From an uncultured delta proteobacterium (lineage in GTDB: Bacteria; Desulfobacterota; WTBG01; CAIYCZ01): DNA of 64,000 nt. Each line of letters starts with the position of its first letter. Position 1 is the first letter of the stretch. The notes under the pieces were generated by a model. It searched no databases. It was not told the origin of the DNA and saw nothing but the letters and a program-made list of their open reading frames with translations. The DNA lies in the NCBI GenBank assembly GCA_963803975.1, contig CAWDOY010000012.1, forward strand, positions 1 to 64,000, given 5' to 3'. Position numbers and translations under genes: made by a program. Shown piece by piece: positions 17,303-26,122 of this stretch.

Positions 17303-18346
17303 TCAGTTAAAATATATTCCGGAGCTTCTTTTCCATTCAGCACCTGCGTTGTCAGTGTAGAGTATTGTTCCCCGGGCGCCTACGATCCAGCCGTGTTTTC
17401 CACTGCTAAAAGCCATGCCTCTCAGCCAGAATTTAGTTCCCAGCGCAGACTCAAGAAGCTTCCACGTATTACCGCCATCAGAAGAAACCATATAACTTCC
17501 ATGTGCCCCTATAGCCCAGCCTTTTTCTCCCACTACGGTAACCTGGTAAAGGGTAAAATCGGTCTTGGGGGTCAGCCGCTTCCAGGTCTTGCCGCCGTCC
17601 TCGGTTTTAATAATGATCCCGTCCATGCCTGTTGCCCAGCCGACAAGAGGTGATTTGAAGTATACCCCGTAGAGATTCGGGGGAGGGGGAGGAAAATCCT
17701 TTTCAGCCTCTTCGGGCTGAATCTCATTGCATACTTGCGGACTCCAGGTCATGCCGCCATCTTCCGTATGGTAGATGACACTGTATTCGCCAACGATCCA
17801 GCCTTTCTGGGCATCAAAGAAATAGACCCCGTTGTAATACCGGTCTTCACCGCGGCCCTGCTTTACCCAGGTCTCCCCCCCGTTGCCGGTATGCAGAATG
17901 GTGCCCATAGTACCGACAGCCCAGCCGGTCTTTATATCTATGAAATGCACATCAAACAACCGCTGATCAGTGTTTGTTTCCTGTTTTGTCCACGTTTTAC
18001 CGCCGTTGCTGGTATGGAAAACCGTCCCCCGCTGCCCAACCATCCATCCGTTGTCCGTATCAACAAAACATAGGTCATACAGATCTACTGCAACCGGTGG
18101 TTTCTGGGTTTCCCAGCTTTTTCCCCCGTCTGATGTGTGAAGAACAATTCCTTCAAACCCGGCAATCCAGGCATGACTGCTTCCCTGGGACTCCACGGCA
18201 AACAGATGTTCAGTCGTAACCATGGGCCTGCGACTTCGGGCATTGCCAGTGAGTTGATTCGCTTCATTTCCCTTACTTAAGCATCCTTCAAGAATCAGAA
18301 GCAGGATTACCCATAGGAAGGCGTGCTTTTTGACTGATGTATCCAT
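17303..18346 (-). CDS. YCF48-like BNR-repeat beta-propeller lipoprotein
   Basis: Lipobox LEGC; repeated GW(I/A)VG..G.I.HT.DGG.TW. Confidence 0.85.
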   Translation of the reverse strand: MDTSVKKHAFLWVILLLILEGCLSKGNEANQLTGNARSRRPMVTTEHLFAVESQGSSHAWIAGFEGIVLHTSDGGKSWETQKPPVAVDLYDLCFVDTDNGWMVGQRGTVFHTSNGGKTWTKQETNTDQRLFDVHFIDIKTGWAVGTMGTILHTGNGGETWVKQGRGEDRYYNGVYFFDAQKGWIVGEYSVIYHTEDGGMTWSPQVCNEIQPEEAEKDFPPPPPNLYGVYFKSPLVGWATGMDGIIIKTEDGGKTWKRLTPKTDFTLYQVTVVGEKGWAIGAHGSYMVSSDGGNTWKLLESALGTKFWLRGMAFSSGKHGWIVGARGTILYTDNAGAEWKRSSGIYFN

Positions 18347-18352
18347 AGTCCC

Positions 18353-19840
18353 CTAATAACCTTCAATAAAGCCAATGTTAGGATTCATGATATTCGCCGG
18401 GTCAACAGCCTGCTTGAGCTTCTTTGCAGCTTCGTAAAAGTTACCCGTTATATTACAGGTAAGCGGGTCCCTGCCCACGGTCCAAAGCCCTCCCCCCATC
18501 AGCCAGGGAACTGCACCCATATTGTGAATAACCTCCCATACACCCTTCACATGGTCGGGACTGGTATGGTCAAAGGCAAAAATGTACTCTGCAATGACAT
18601 AGTGCCCCCACTGGTAGGTATACAACTGTGCACCGCTGGCAATCTCTCCGAAACCGGGTTCAGGATAGTCCATATAGGCCTTGACCTTCTGCGTGCCTTC
18701 CTCACATAATCTTACATACTCGGGTACCTGGTCCACTGACAAATACCCCATGTTGCTCATAATCATCCCCAGATGCCGCATCAGGCGCGGGCTGTTAGAC
18801 TGACCCCAGCCCTTGATATTCTGCTCATGGCCACGGTACACTTCCACCAGTTCTGGCGGCGCAATGCGTCCGCCGTGCTTTCTGATGATCTTTTCTGCAA
18901 GCTTCGCCTGATAATCTACCGCTCGCACTGTCCCTTCTACCCCCATTCCCAACATGTACTTGGGTGAAGCCTTGGCAAGGCGTATCCCCTCTGAGCGCGT
19001 CTCTGCCGAATAAGCAGCCTGTGTCCAGGCTGGCATCACAAACAATCCCCTTCCGATGTCTTTATGCAGCAGTTCAATTAAGCAATCTGTTGGCGTGTTA
19101 AAATCCTCAAAATATGCCCAGATGCTCTTGTATGCATCAGGATATGGATGCAGGCTCCACGTGATTCGGGTGCAAACCCCCAGTGATCCCAGAGCAAAAA
19201 ACGGGAAATATGTCATTGTCGGCCCGGGGCCCTGCATCCAGTGATTGACTCCAAAGATATTGGCTCCTGAAGAAGTGTTAAAAACCGTCCCATCCGGAAG
19301 TACCATCTCAAGTGAAAGGATATTTTGCAGCCCTACGCCATACTTCAATCCTGCAAACTTATTGATTCCCTGAAAGATATTGGTGGCATTATTGAGAGAG
19401 GGGCCAGGCGCCCCGGTAAAGTAGGGTCGCCACCGGAAGTTCTCCTCTTCCACCAGCTGTTTGAAATACCCCGTCAGCGTTGTCACAAATACCCCGGCCT
19501 CTACCGTTACGGTCAGGTTCTCGCGGTCCAGATGGATACCCCTCATCCGCTTCATGTCGATCATGATCCCGCCGGTAACCGGGATGGAGCCGGCAAGAAC
19601 TGCGGCTCCGCCGCCAATGAGGTGCACCGGGATGTTATACTGATTGGCGATGCGCAGCACATTCTGCACATCAGGGGTTGACCCCGGCAGCACCACGATA
19701 TCAGGCAGTCTTTCCGGGTATACTTTCAAACTGTCAGTAAATAAGTCCCGCGAGTAGGGAATACAGTCAATGGGTTCATTCGACACATATTCTTTTCCCA
19801 GGATATCTTCGAGCTTCTTTTTTATTTCACTCAGCATCAC
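18353..19840 (-). CDS. FAD-binding oxidoreductase (VAO/PCMH family), type B
   Basis: VVLPGSTPDVQ, IDMKRM, GSLGVCT, DPANIMNP; paralog of 2863-4347 (W..GPGP and YA.YS.ETR-like motifs). Confidence 0.85.
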   Translation of the reverse strand: MMLSEIKKKLEDILGKEYVSNEPIDCIPYSRDLFTDSLKVYPERLPDIVVLPGSTPDVQNVLRIANQYNIPVHLIGGGAAVLAGSIPVTGGIMIDMKRMRGIHLDRENLTVTVEAGVFVTTLTGYFKQLVEEENFRWRPYFTGAPGPSLNNATNIFQGINKFAGLKYGVGLQNILSLEMVLPDGTVFNTSSGANIFGVNHWMQGPGPTMTYFPFFALGSLGVCTRITWSLHPYPDAYKSIWAYFEDFNTPTDCLIELLHKDIGRGLFVMPAWTQAAYSAETRSEGIRLAKASPKYMLGMGVEGTVRAVDYQAKLAEKIIRKHGGRIAPPELVEVYRGHEQNIKGWGQSNSPRLMRHLGMIMSNMGYLSVDQVPEYVRLCEEGTQKVKAYMDYPEPGFGEIASGAQLYTYQWGHYVIAEYIFAFDHTSPDHVKGVWEVIHNMGAVPWLMGGGLWTVGRDPLTCNITGNFYEAAKKLKQAVDPANIMNPNIGFIEGY

Positions 19841-21080
19841 GTCCGCCCCTTTTCTTTCTTTCCGTTTCGCCGAAAACCGACTGGCTCAGAAGTTTCACCA
19901 CGTCCACGAGCTCAAGCTTTGATCCCGAGGTGCTGATAAAATCAAGAAAGTTCTGGGCGCAGAACGGGCATGAGGTGGCCAGATACGAGGCGCCGCTGGC
20001 CTCGGCCTCCTTCACGCGCCGGCTGGCTGTGGCCATGGCGAATTCAAGCTTCCCGGTCCGCGCGCCGCCGCCTCCGCCGCAGCAGAAGGAGTATTCCCGG
20101 ATGCGCTTCATCTCGTTCAGCTTGATGCCGGGGATCGCTTTCAGGATATTTCGCGGCGGGTCAAAAATCTTACTGTGCCTGCCGAGATGACAGGGGTCAT
20201 GATAGGTAACGGTCATGTTGACCGGGTGCTTGGGCACCAGCTTTTTCTGTCCCACTAAATCTGCAAGCATGACCACCGCGTGCTTGACCTCGAAGTTGCA
20301 CGCGCCCAGCTGCGGGTAGACATTTTTGATGGTATTGAAACAGCCGGAGCAGGGGGTGACGATGGTCTTGATGCCGGAGGCGTTAAATGCCTGGATGTTG
20401 TCCGAGGCGTACTTCTCCAGCACATTAACATAGCCCAGGTTAAAGGCGGTGGAGCCGCAGCACTTCTCCTCGTTGCCCAGTATGCCGAAATCAACCCCAG
20501 CCGCGTTCAGCAGCCGAGCGATGTTCTGGATATTTTCCGTGATGCGCGGGTCATAGGCATAGGTGCAACCCGGATAGAACAGGACTTCAGCCTTTTCCTT
20601 GCCCTTGGAGAGGTCCTTGAGTTTAAAGTCAAGGCCGCGGGTCCAGGAGGTGCGGCGCGCGCGGGGCTGGCCCCAGGGGTTGTCGTAGGCTTCAAGGTTC
20701 TGGATTATGACGCGCTGCGCGGGAAGCGGTCCCACGCCTGCCTCGACCGCCTTGGAGCGCATCCAGCGGATAATGTCAGTTGGTTTCAGCACATTGGTGC
20801 GCTCGCAGGTGTACTGGCAGAAGCCGCAGGTGGTGCAGGAGTAAATGGCGTCGACCACCCGGTCAGACCACTGCAGCTGTCCGCGCTGCAGGGCAAGAGC
20901 AGCGTAGTTGCGCCCTGACGGGTAATAGGATTCAAAAAAGTAGTTGGTCCCCGACGGGCACTGCAGTCCGGTCTCATCGCCCATGATCTGCTCCGCGTGC
21001 ACGGTCCTGCAGGTGCCGCAGCGGGCGCAGAATGAAGCCTTCTTGAACATCTCTTCATCGAATTCAAATTTATATTTCAT
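19827..21080 (-). CDS. Fe-S oxidoreductase with two CCG domains (GlcF/HdrD-like)
   Basis: CARCGTC, CTTCGFCQYTC, YPGC..KCCG..PCSGC, YHDPCHLGR..CCGGGGG..SCPFC. Confidence 0.9.
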   Translation of the reverse strand: MKYKFEFDEEMFKKASFCARCGTCRTVHAEQIMGDETGLQCPSGTNYFFESYYPSGRNYAALALQRGQLQWSDRVVDAIYSCTTCGFCQYTCERTNVLKPTDIIRWMRSKAVEAGVGPLPAQRVIIQNLEAYDNPWGQPRARRTSWTRGLDFKLKDLSKGKEKAEVLFYPGCTYAYDPRITENIQNIARLLNAAGVDFGILGNEEKCCGSTAFNLGYVNVLEKYASDNIQAFNASGIKTIVTPCSGCFNTIKNVYPQLGACNFEVKHAVVMLADLVGQKKLVPKHPVNMTVTYHDPCHLGRHSKIFDPPRNILKAIPGIKLNEMKRIREYSFCCGGGGGARTGKLEFAMATASRRVKEAEASGASYLATSCPFCAQNFLDFISTSGSKLELVDVVKLLSQSVFGETERKKRGGRDAE

Positions 21081-21087
21081 ATTTATT

Positions 21088-22524
21088 TTACCGTAGAGCC
21101 AGTTTCCCTGGATTCATAATGTTATTGGGATCATAGAGATCTTTCAGTAATTTTATTTTTCGGTGATATGCCCCCATCCTGGAATATACCGATTCGGCCC
21201 ACATGGGGTACGGGCGTGGAAAGAACCCCCCGGCTCTTATCAATGTTTCGCTCATGTGCTTGAATCGCTGTTTTGCTTTTTGGGTCTGCTGTTCATCAGA
21301 GGGGTCATAATACACACTGGGCTCAAAGTAGTAACTCCCGCCAAAATTAAGCGGCATTATCATCCACCCGAGATCTTCCTCACCACTGCCGTTGGTGCCA
21401 GCAGCCTGCATGGTAAGCTTGTAAAAAGTCCGCAGCTGGGAGTTCGATGCCATACAGGCGATGTAGGCGCATCCCCCTCGATAGCGCCGCTGGTTGAGCA
21501 TACCGCGTGGACTGTCTATCTCTGCCATCATCCGGGCTTCTAAATCAGCTTTAACAGCCAAACCCTTAGCCAGGGATTTGAGGTTGAATTTCTTCAGCAC
21601 ATCCGCCATGTCAAGATTTTTATACGCAACCTCTTCTTCATCGTTTCCGGAGAGCCCGATCACCGCTGTCCACGCAGGGAGCGCTTTTTCAAGTTCATCA
21701 ATTTCCTGTTTATCTTTTGCCAGAAGGCAGGAAAGATAGCGGCTGTTTGCGACAAAAAATTCATCGTTAGCCTCCTGCCGCATAAGGGCAGAACAAAGCT
21801 CCGGGAGAATGTCGATGCTATCAAGTTCGATAAAAAGATAGTTCCGGTTCGCAACTATATTTTTCAGCGTTACCGCTGCTTTTACTGCAATACCCAGCGT
21901 GCCTTGCGCGCCAAAAAAAAGCCTGTTTATGACTGCAAAATTGGTCGCCCAGTGATACGGGCGATCCGAGTTTTGCATCGCCATTTGGCCTGTTCCCATC
22001 AACTCCCCTGTGGGAAGTATCATTTTAAGACTCAGCGTCTCCCAGGTCTTGTAGCGCGGCCACAGGTAGAGTGGCGTGTTCTCCAGATACGTGGTTAAAA
22101 CCGATGCTTCTGCCGGTATGCCTACCGGCGTCATTGGCCTTAACCCGGCTTTTTTTGCCTCAAAAGACAACTGAGTAAAAGTTACTCCGGGCTCGATAAT
22201 TGCGTTTCGCGCAACTCTATCTATCAAGTCTATTCTATTCAATCGGCGCAAATCCACGGTTATCCCGCGCTCAGTTGGAATGTGCGCTCCCTGATAAGTC
22301 GTGCCAGAACTGAACGGAAACAATGCTACCTTTTCACGGTTTGCCAGTCGCACGACAGCCTGTATCTCTTCAGCCTCTCCGGGGCGTACTGCGCACAGCG
22401 GTCTCATGGGCTTTACGAAACTGCCGTCCTCGCTATATATCTCAAGTTCCCGCGAATCAGTTATCACATGGTCTGATCCGACTATCTCCTGCAGTGTTTC
22501 AATAATATACTTTGCATCTGCCAT
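21088..22524 (-). CDS. FAD-binding oxidoreductase (VAO/PCMH family), type A
   Basis: VRPGEAEEIQ, DLRRLNRI, EPGVTF, TPLYLWPRY, GAQGTLGI, FFPRPY, DPNNIMNPGK; paralog of 5564-6985. Confidence 0.85.
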   Translation of the reverse strand: MADAKYIIETLQEIVGSDHVITDSRELEIYSEDGSFVKPMRPLCAVRPGEAEEIQAVVRLANREKVALFPFSSGTTYQGAHIPTERGITVDLRRLNRIDLIDRVARNAIIEPGVTFTQLSFEAKKAGLRPMTPVGIPAEASVLTTYLENTPLYLWPRYKTWETLSLKMILPTGELMGTGQMAMQNSDRPYHWATNFAVINRLFFGAQGTLGIAVKAAVTLKNIVANRNYLFIELDSIDILPELCSALMRQEANDEFFVANSRYLSCLLAKDKQEIDELEKALPAWTAVIGLSGNDEEEVAYKNLDMADVLKKFNLKSLAKGLAVKADLEARMMAEIDSPRGMLNQRRYRGGCAYIACMASNSQLRTFYKLTMQAAGTNGSGEEDLGWMIMPLNFGGSYYFEPSVYYDPSDEQQTQKAKQRFKHMSETLIRAGGFFPRPYPMWAESVYSRMGAYHRKIKLLKDLYDPNNIMNPGKLALR

Positions 22525-22530
22525 TAATCA

Positions 22531-22950
22531 TCACTCCATCTGCAGCACAAGTTCTTGTATGTCTGGATTTTTTGTTGTCATCTCACTGGCCAGCAGCAGC
22601 ATCTCTATGATTGTCGCGCCGTTCCAGTGGGTGAAGTGTGGCGTGTCAAAGGTCAGCTCTGCTTCAGGGTCGAGCATGCTGTACAAAAGCTGGTGCTTTC
22701 GCTGTATCACTTCCGAAAAAATCCTGTTCGGCATCTTCCAGCGAAGCAGCGGCTTCTCCGCTGCACCTGTGCTTACTTTAAATTTTCCTTCTTTCACGTC
22801 CACCTTGTATGGCGGCTGGTTGCCAACGATCAGTTCGATTGCTGTTCTTCCTTCTACAGTCGAGTAGTAACTTTTGTTGCGCTCCTGAAGTTCTTCGTCT
22901 GCATTGAGTACGTGCTCCCAATTGCGCATTATCTTGGCAAATCGGTCCAT
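22531..22950 (-). CDS. SCP2 (sterol carrier)-like protein
   Basis: 139 aa; VDVKEGKFKVSTGAAEKP pattern typical of the SCP2 fold. Confidence 0.6.
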   Translation of the reverse strand: MDRFAKIMRNWEHVLNADEELQERNKSYYSTVEGRTAIELIVGNQPPYKVDVKEGKFKVSTGAAEKPLLRWKMPNRIFSEVIQRKHQLLYSMLDPEAELTFDTPHFTHWNGATIIEMLLLASEMTTKNPDIQELVLQME

Positions 22951-23068
22951 TTATTTCCTGCTCCTCATCACACAATAAGCAGCTGCATTTGTTAACCCCA
23001 TGCCACAGCTGATCATGAATGCTAAATCAAAATTGGGGTTTAACATATCATTATTTTAGCAATTAAAA

Positions 23069-23104
23069 TTGACTACAGTCTATACTATTGCTGACTGCAG
23101 TCGA
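23069..23104. promoter_or_regulatory. Operator pair 1 (GACTACAGTC 23071-23080; GACTGCAGTC 23093-23102), putative TetR sites
   Basis: Palindromes 22 bp apart, just downstream of minus-strand TTGACA (23138-23143) and TATAAT (23120-23125) hexamers. Confidence 0.7.
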
Positions 23105-23248
23105 AATTAGTTTTGACTTATTATAGCTAACAATTTATGTCAAGCCATTTTTTAAAAATAATCGCAAAACAATAGTCACGTTTTATAATTAGCTGATATA
23201 CAATCATTTTTTATGATTTTTTCATTGCCTGTATTTAACTAAAATTAC

Positions 23249-23283
23249 TGACTGGAGTCGATAAATTAATTGACCACAGTCGA
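23249..23283. promoter_or_regulatory. Operator pair 2 (GACTGGAGTC 23250-23259; GACCACAGTC 23272-23281), putative TetR sites
   Basis: Same consensus and same 22-bp spacing, upstream of the TetR gene. Confidence 0.7.
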
Positions 23284-23375
23284 TATGTTAGTCATCATAA
23301 TTAAAATTTGTGCTTGACTTTAAAAAAATGCTATGCAACATTTTATTGCAAATTAACAACAGCTTGGCGTACGCA

Positions 23376-24140
23376 ATGCAGTCAGAAACAAAACAGATAA
23401 CACGAAAACAAATGTTACAGAAAAGGATGGAGGACCGTAAACGACTGCTAAAGGAGAAGCAGAAAAAAATTGGTCGTATGAGGCAAGTGCAAGGGAATAA
23501 AGCGAACCAAATTCTGAAGGAAAAGGAACGGAAGAAAAGACGGATCATGAAAGCGGCGATAGATCTTTTAAATAAGCATGGTCTTAAAAATACCACTGTT
23601 GAAGATATTACGTTAAAAGCTAATGTCGGCAAAGGAACATTTTACAGCTTTTTTAATAAAAGGGAGGATGTTCTTGTCCATTATCTGAATAGTGGATTAA
23701 ATGAAAGCATTGAAGAATTTGAGCTGCAGTTCTCCCCTTCAACACCCTTTTTAAGTCAAATCGAACTGCTTTCTTCCTCCTTCATGAAACACATTTTTTC
23801 AAATAAACACCTTGCAATAATAATGTTTAGGGAAAAATTTATTGCATGGGGTAAAGAGAGTGAAAATGAAATAAAAGTGGAAAGAGCATTGGAAAGGATT
23901 ATCGAGAACTCTAAAAACAGAAAGGAAATCGATATTCAAGTTGACACAAAATTCTTGGCTCGAATGCTTCATGGACTTTGCACTATGTATATAACATTCT
24001 GGCTTAACGGCGCTATTGAATCAAAGAGCATGCTGTTCACTGAAATTAAAAAGGCAATAACGATTATTATGAATGGGGTTCGTTCGCAACATGAATGTAA
24101 TTATGCAACCCCCGATACCGGCTTGCCTTCTTTCGGATAA
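23376..24140 (+). CDS. TetR/AcrR-family transcriptional regulator (start uncertain; basic N-terminal extension)
   Basis: IMKAAIDLL..GLKNTTVEDI..ANVGKGTFYSFF HTH. Confidence 0.9.
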   Translation: MQSETKQITRKQMLQKRMEDRKRLLKEKQKKIGRMRQVQGNKANQILKEKERKKRRIMKAAIDLLNKHGLKNTTVEDITLKANVGKGTFYSFFNKREDVLVHYLNSGLNESIEEFELQFSPSTPFLSQIELLSSSFMKHIFSNKHLAIIMFREKFIAWGKESENEIKVERALERIIENSKNRKEIDIQVDTKFLARMLHGLCTMYITFWLNGAIESKSMLFTEIKKAITIIMNGVRSQHECNYATPDTGLPSFG

Positions 24141-24378
24141 TTTTCCTGCGTGTTGCATCCATATCAGGGATAAAAGACTTACAAACGGCAACAGGCATAA
24201 GCACGCATGAATACTGGCGGTGGTGGAGGGATATTTTCTGATCAGGCGGAGCGCTACAGGGCGATGTAAGAGCAGAATGTGCTGTTTAGAAAACTGGTGT
24301 TGGATTTATGGCTTGATAATGCCCCGGTGAGCAAAGGGTATCACCAATAATTCTAACCTGCTAACAGGAGGGAGCGCC

Positions 24379-24879
24379 ATGAAGATCTCGGGAAAACTAT
24401 TATTGTTGCCTGTGTTAACTGTTTTTACATTTTTCCTTACTAACCCCGTTTTTTTCTGTGCTCAAGCGAGCGGCCAGGAAGGGAAAATCCTGCCTGAAAA
24501 GAGAATCCCGGAAGTCAGAATAATTCGTTTTGATCACATTGTTGATACCGCTATTCCTGTCGAAAAAATCAAGGCAGGAACAACGGTGGTCTGGATCAAT
24601 GATCTGACGGGTATTATGCTCGAAATTCAATTTACCGGGAAACAGGTCACATTGGCCTGCAAGAGTCCTGTCCATTTTATTGTCGATGAAGATGGCATGT
24701 TTATATCAAATAAAATTCCGTTTGGCGCAGTGGCAAGTCTTTGCTTTGTTGAAAAAGGAGCATTTGATTACACAGTCAAAAGAACAGCCAGTGTAAAAGG
24801 AGTCAGCTATGGCTTAGGCCCTAGCGGCTCACGGCAACCGTATTATAAGGATCTGATCGGGAAAATTCTTGTAGAGTAG
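24379..24879 (+). CDS. Exported hypothetical protein, possibly cupredoxin-like fold
   Basis: RBS AGGAGG; signal peptide; IKAGTTVVWIN and F.EKG.FDYTV motifs. Confidence 0.6.
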   Translation: MKISGKLLLLPVLTVFTFFLTNPVFFCAQASGQEGKILPEKRIPEVRIIRFDHIVDTAIPVEKIKAGTTVVWINDLTGIMLEIQFTGKQVTLACKSPVHFIVDEDGMFISNKIPFGAVASLCFVEKGAFDYTVKRTASVKGVSYGLGPSGSRQPYYKDLIGKILVE

Positions 24880-24961
24880 CAGTGATCAACTTGCAAAATA
24901 TGGAAATGACAAAAACCAGACTGACTTAATCCGTTTTTTAGACTCGTTTGAGTCAGTTCTT

Positions 24962-25007
24962 TTTTGTGTGTCCTTTGTGTGTCCTTTTCTCTGAAATCAG
25001 GGACACA
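24962..25007. repeat. TGTGTGTCC x2 plus inverted GGACACA; putative integrase arm-type sites
   Basis: Copies at 24965-24973 and 24976-24984, inverted copy at 25001-25007; matches 61-95. Confidence 0.6.
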
Positions 25008-25091
25008 GGATTACACAGCGTGCAAAATAAAGCTAAGCAATTTCAAATAATTAAAGGAAAAACAGGTGGCTAGAAAATCTCTTAATCTCTT

Positions 25092-25136
25092 CTGTCACGC
25101 CGGAGGTCGCGAGTTCGAGCCTCGTCGTCCCCGCCA
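25092..25136 (+). mobile_element. att site: 3' half of tRNA-Asp(GTC), anticodon loop to CCA
   Basis: CTGTCAC anticodon loop, GCGAG-TTCGAGC-CTCGT T-arm, CGTCCCC-G-CCA end; 5' half absent. Confidence 0.85.
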
Positions 25137-25210
25137 TTTTCTGATAGTAGAACAGGGAGTCAGCCAGTCAGGCTGATTCCCTGTTTTGCTTCTGCCTCTC
25201 TGGAAGTCCC
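25104..25210 (+). repeat. 107-bp direct repeat, copy 1 (copy 2 at 59988-60094)
   Basis: Colinear match with about 6 substitutions by manual alignment. Confidence 0.9.
25151..25187. terminator. Intrinsic terminator-like hairpin downstream of the tRNA fragment
   Basis: AACAGGGAGTCAGCC-AGTCA-GGCTGATTCCCTGTT followed by TT. Confidence 0.65.
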
Positions 25211-26101
25211 TTTTTTGACGCTCCTGAGAAACTGCTCAAAATGATACCACTCAAGGGGGTGACGGCGGACCATGATTTCGAGCCTGTCGGCATACTGCTG
25301 GGCAGCCTGCTGTACGGCATCATGGCGCTGGCTGCGGGATGCGGGTTTGACTGCGCATGGCGGGAAGAGCGTGCAGTGATAGCTGTTTTTGCCACAGCGG
25401 TTTACAAAAAAGATAATCAGCGGTGCGCCTGAAAGCATGGCAAACAGAAACGGCGCCTCGGGAATGTGGACCTCATGCCCGAGAAACCTCACCGCAACCG
25501 ATCGCTGCGACTGGCTCCACAGCCGGTCACCGGTCATTGAAACAAAACCGCCGTCTTTTAAAAAATTAATTCCTTCCAGCGCATCAAAGGGCGAGGCTTC
25601 ATCCTGCTTTGTCGTTATAATTTGAATACCATGCTGCGCAAGGTCCTGCTTCTGCAAGCGTTCTATCTGCTCGCCTTCCTTCTCTCCGAGATACAGAAGG
25701 AGTCGTATGGCAGGGCCATCAGCGCAACCGCCCAGATAGGCAGCGCCAAGCTCCCAGTTGCCCAGATGCGACATGAGCATGATGCCGCCGGTTCCATCAC
25801 GCGCAATGTTATCAATATGCTCCCGTCCTTCAGCCGAATAGGTAATGGTTCCCGGCTTCCGCGCAACCCACCGGTCGAGAAAAACCGTGGTAAAGTTGTG
25901 AAACTGCCGCCAGGCACACCAGAGATGATACGGAAAACCACGGGCGGGGAACAGGGCTTTATAGAAATTGACGCTTATTGCCACCCGCCGCGGAAACAGG
26001 ATAAAATAACCCGTGGCCACACACCAGGCCATGGCACTAAAAAACCACGCGCCGGTGAAGGCTGAGATACACATCAGGCAGCGGTAAAAAAGTTCTTTCA
26101 T
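25160..26101 (-). CDS. Lysophospholipid/lipid A lauroyl-type acyltransferase
   Basis: SHLGNWE, MTGDR, VRFLG, HPLEWYHF. Confidence 0.85.
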   Translation of the reverse strand: MKELFYRCLMCISAFTGAWFFSAMAWCVATGYFILFPRRVAISVNFYKALFPARGFPYHLWCAWRQFHNFTTVFLDRWVARKPGTITYSAEGREHIDNIARDGTGGIMLMSHLGNWELGAAYLGGCADGPAIRLLLYLGEKEGEQIERLQKQDLAQHGIQIITTKQDEASPFDALEGINFLKDGGFVSMTGDRLWSQSQRSVAVRFLGHEVHIPEAPFLFAMLSGAPLIIFFVNRCGKNSYHCTLFPPCAVKPASRSQRHDAVQQAAQQYADRLEIMVRRHPLEWYHFEQFLRSVKKGTSREAEAKQGISLTG

Positions 26102-26122
26102 GATTCCTTGTGCATAATTTTT

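Noticed and set aside
2863..22524. Calling the modules glcDEF, dld or hdrD
   Set aside because: The family matches, but the 2-hydroxy-acid catalytic motifs are missing; gene symbols withheld
23120..23143. Canonical sigma70 promoter from TTGACA and TATAAT on the minus strand
   Set aside because: The spacer is only 12 bp; a promoter is likely here but the exact -35/-10 pairing cannot be assigned
25060..25136. Complete tRNA-Asp gene
   Set aside because: The sequence upstream of the anticodon loop cannot form the D-arm or the 5' acceptor strand; only the 3' half is present. The same applies at 59988.
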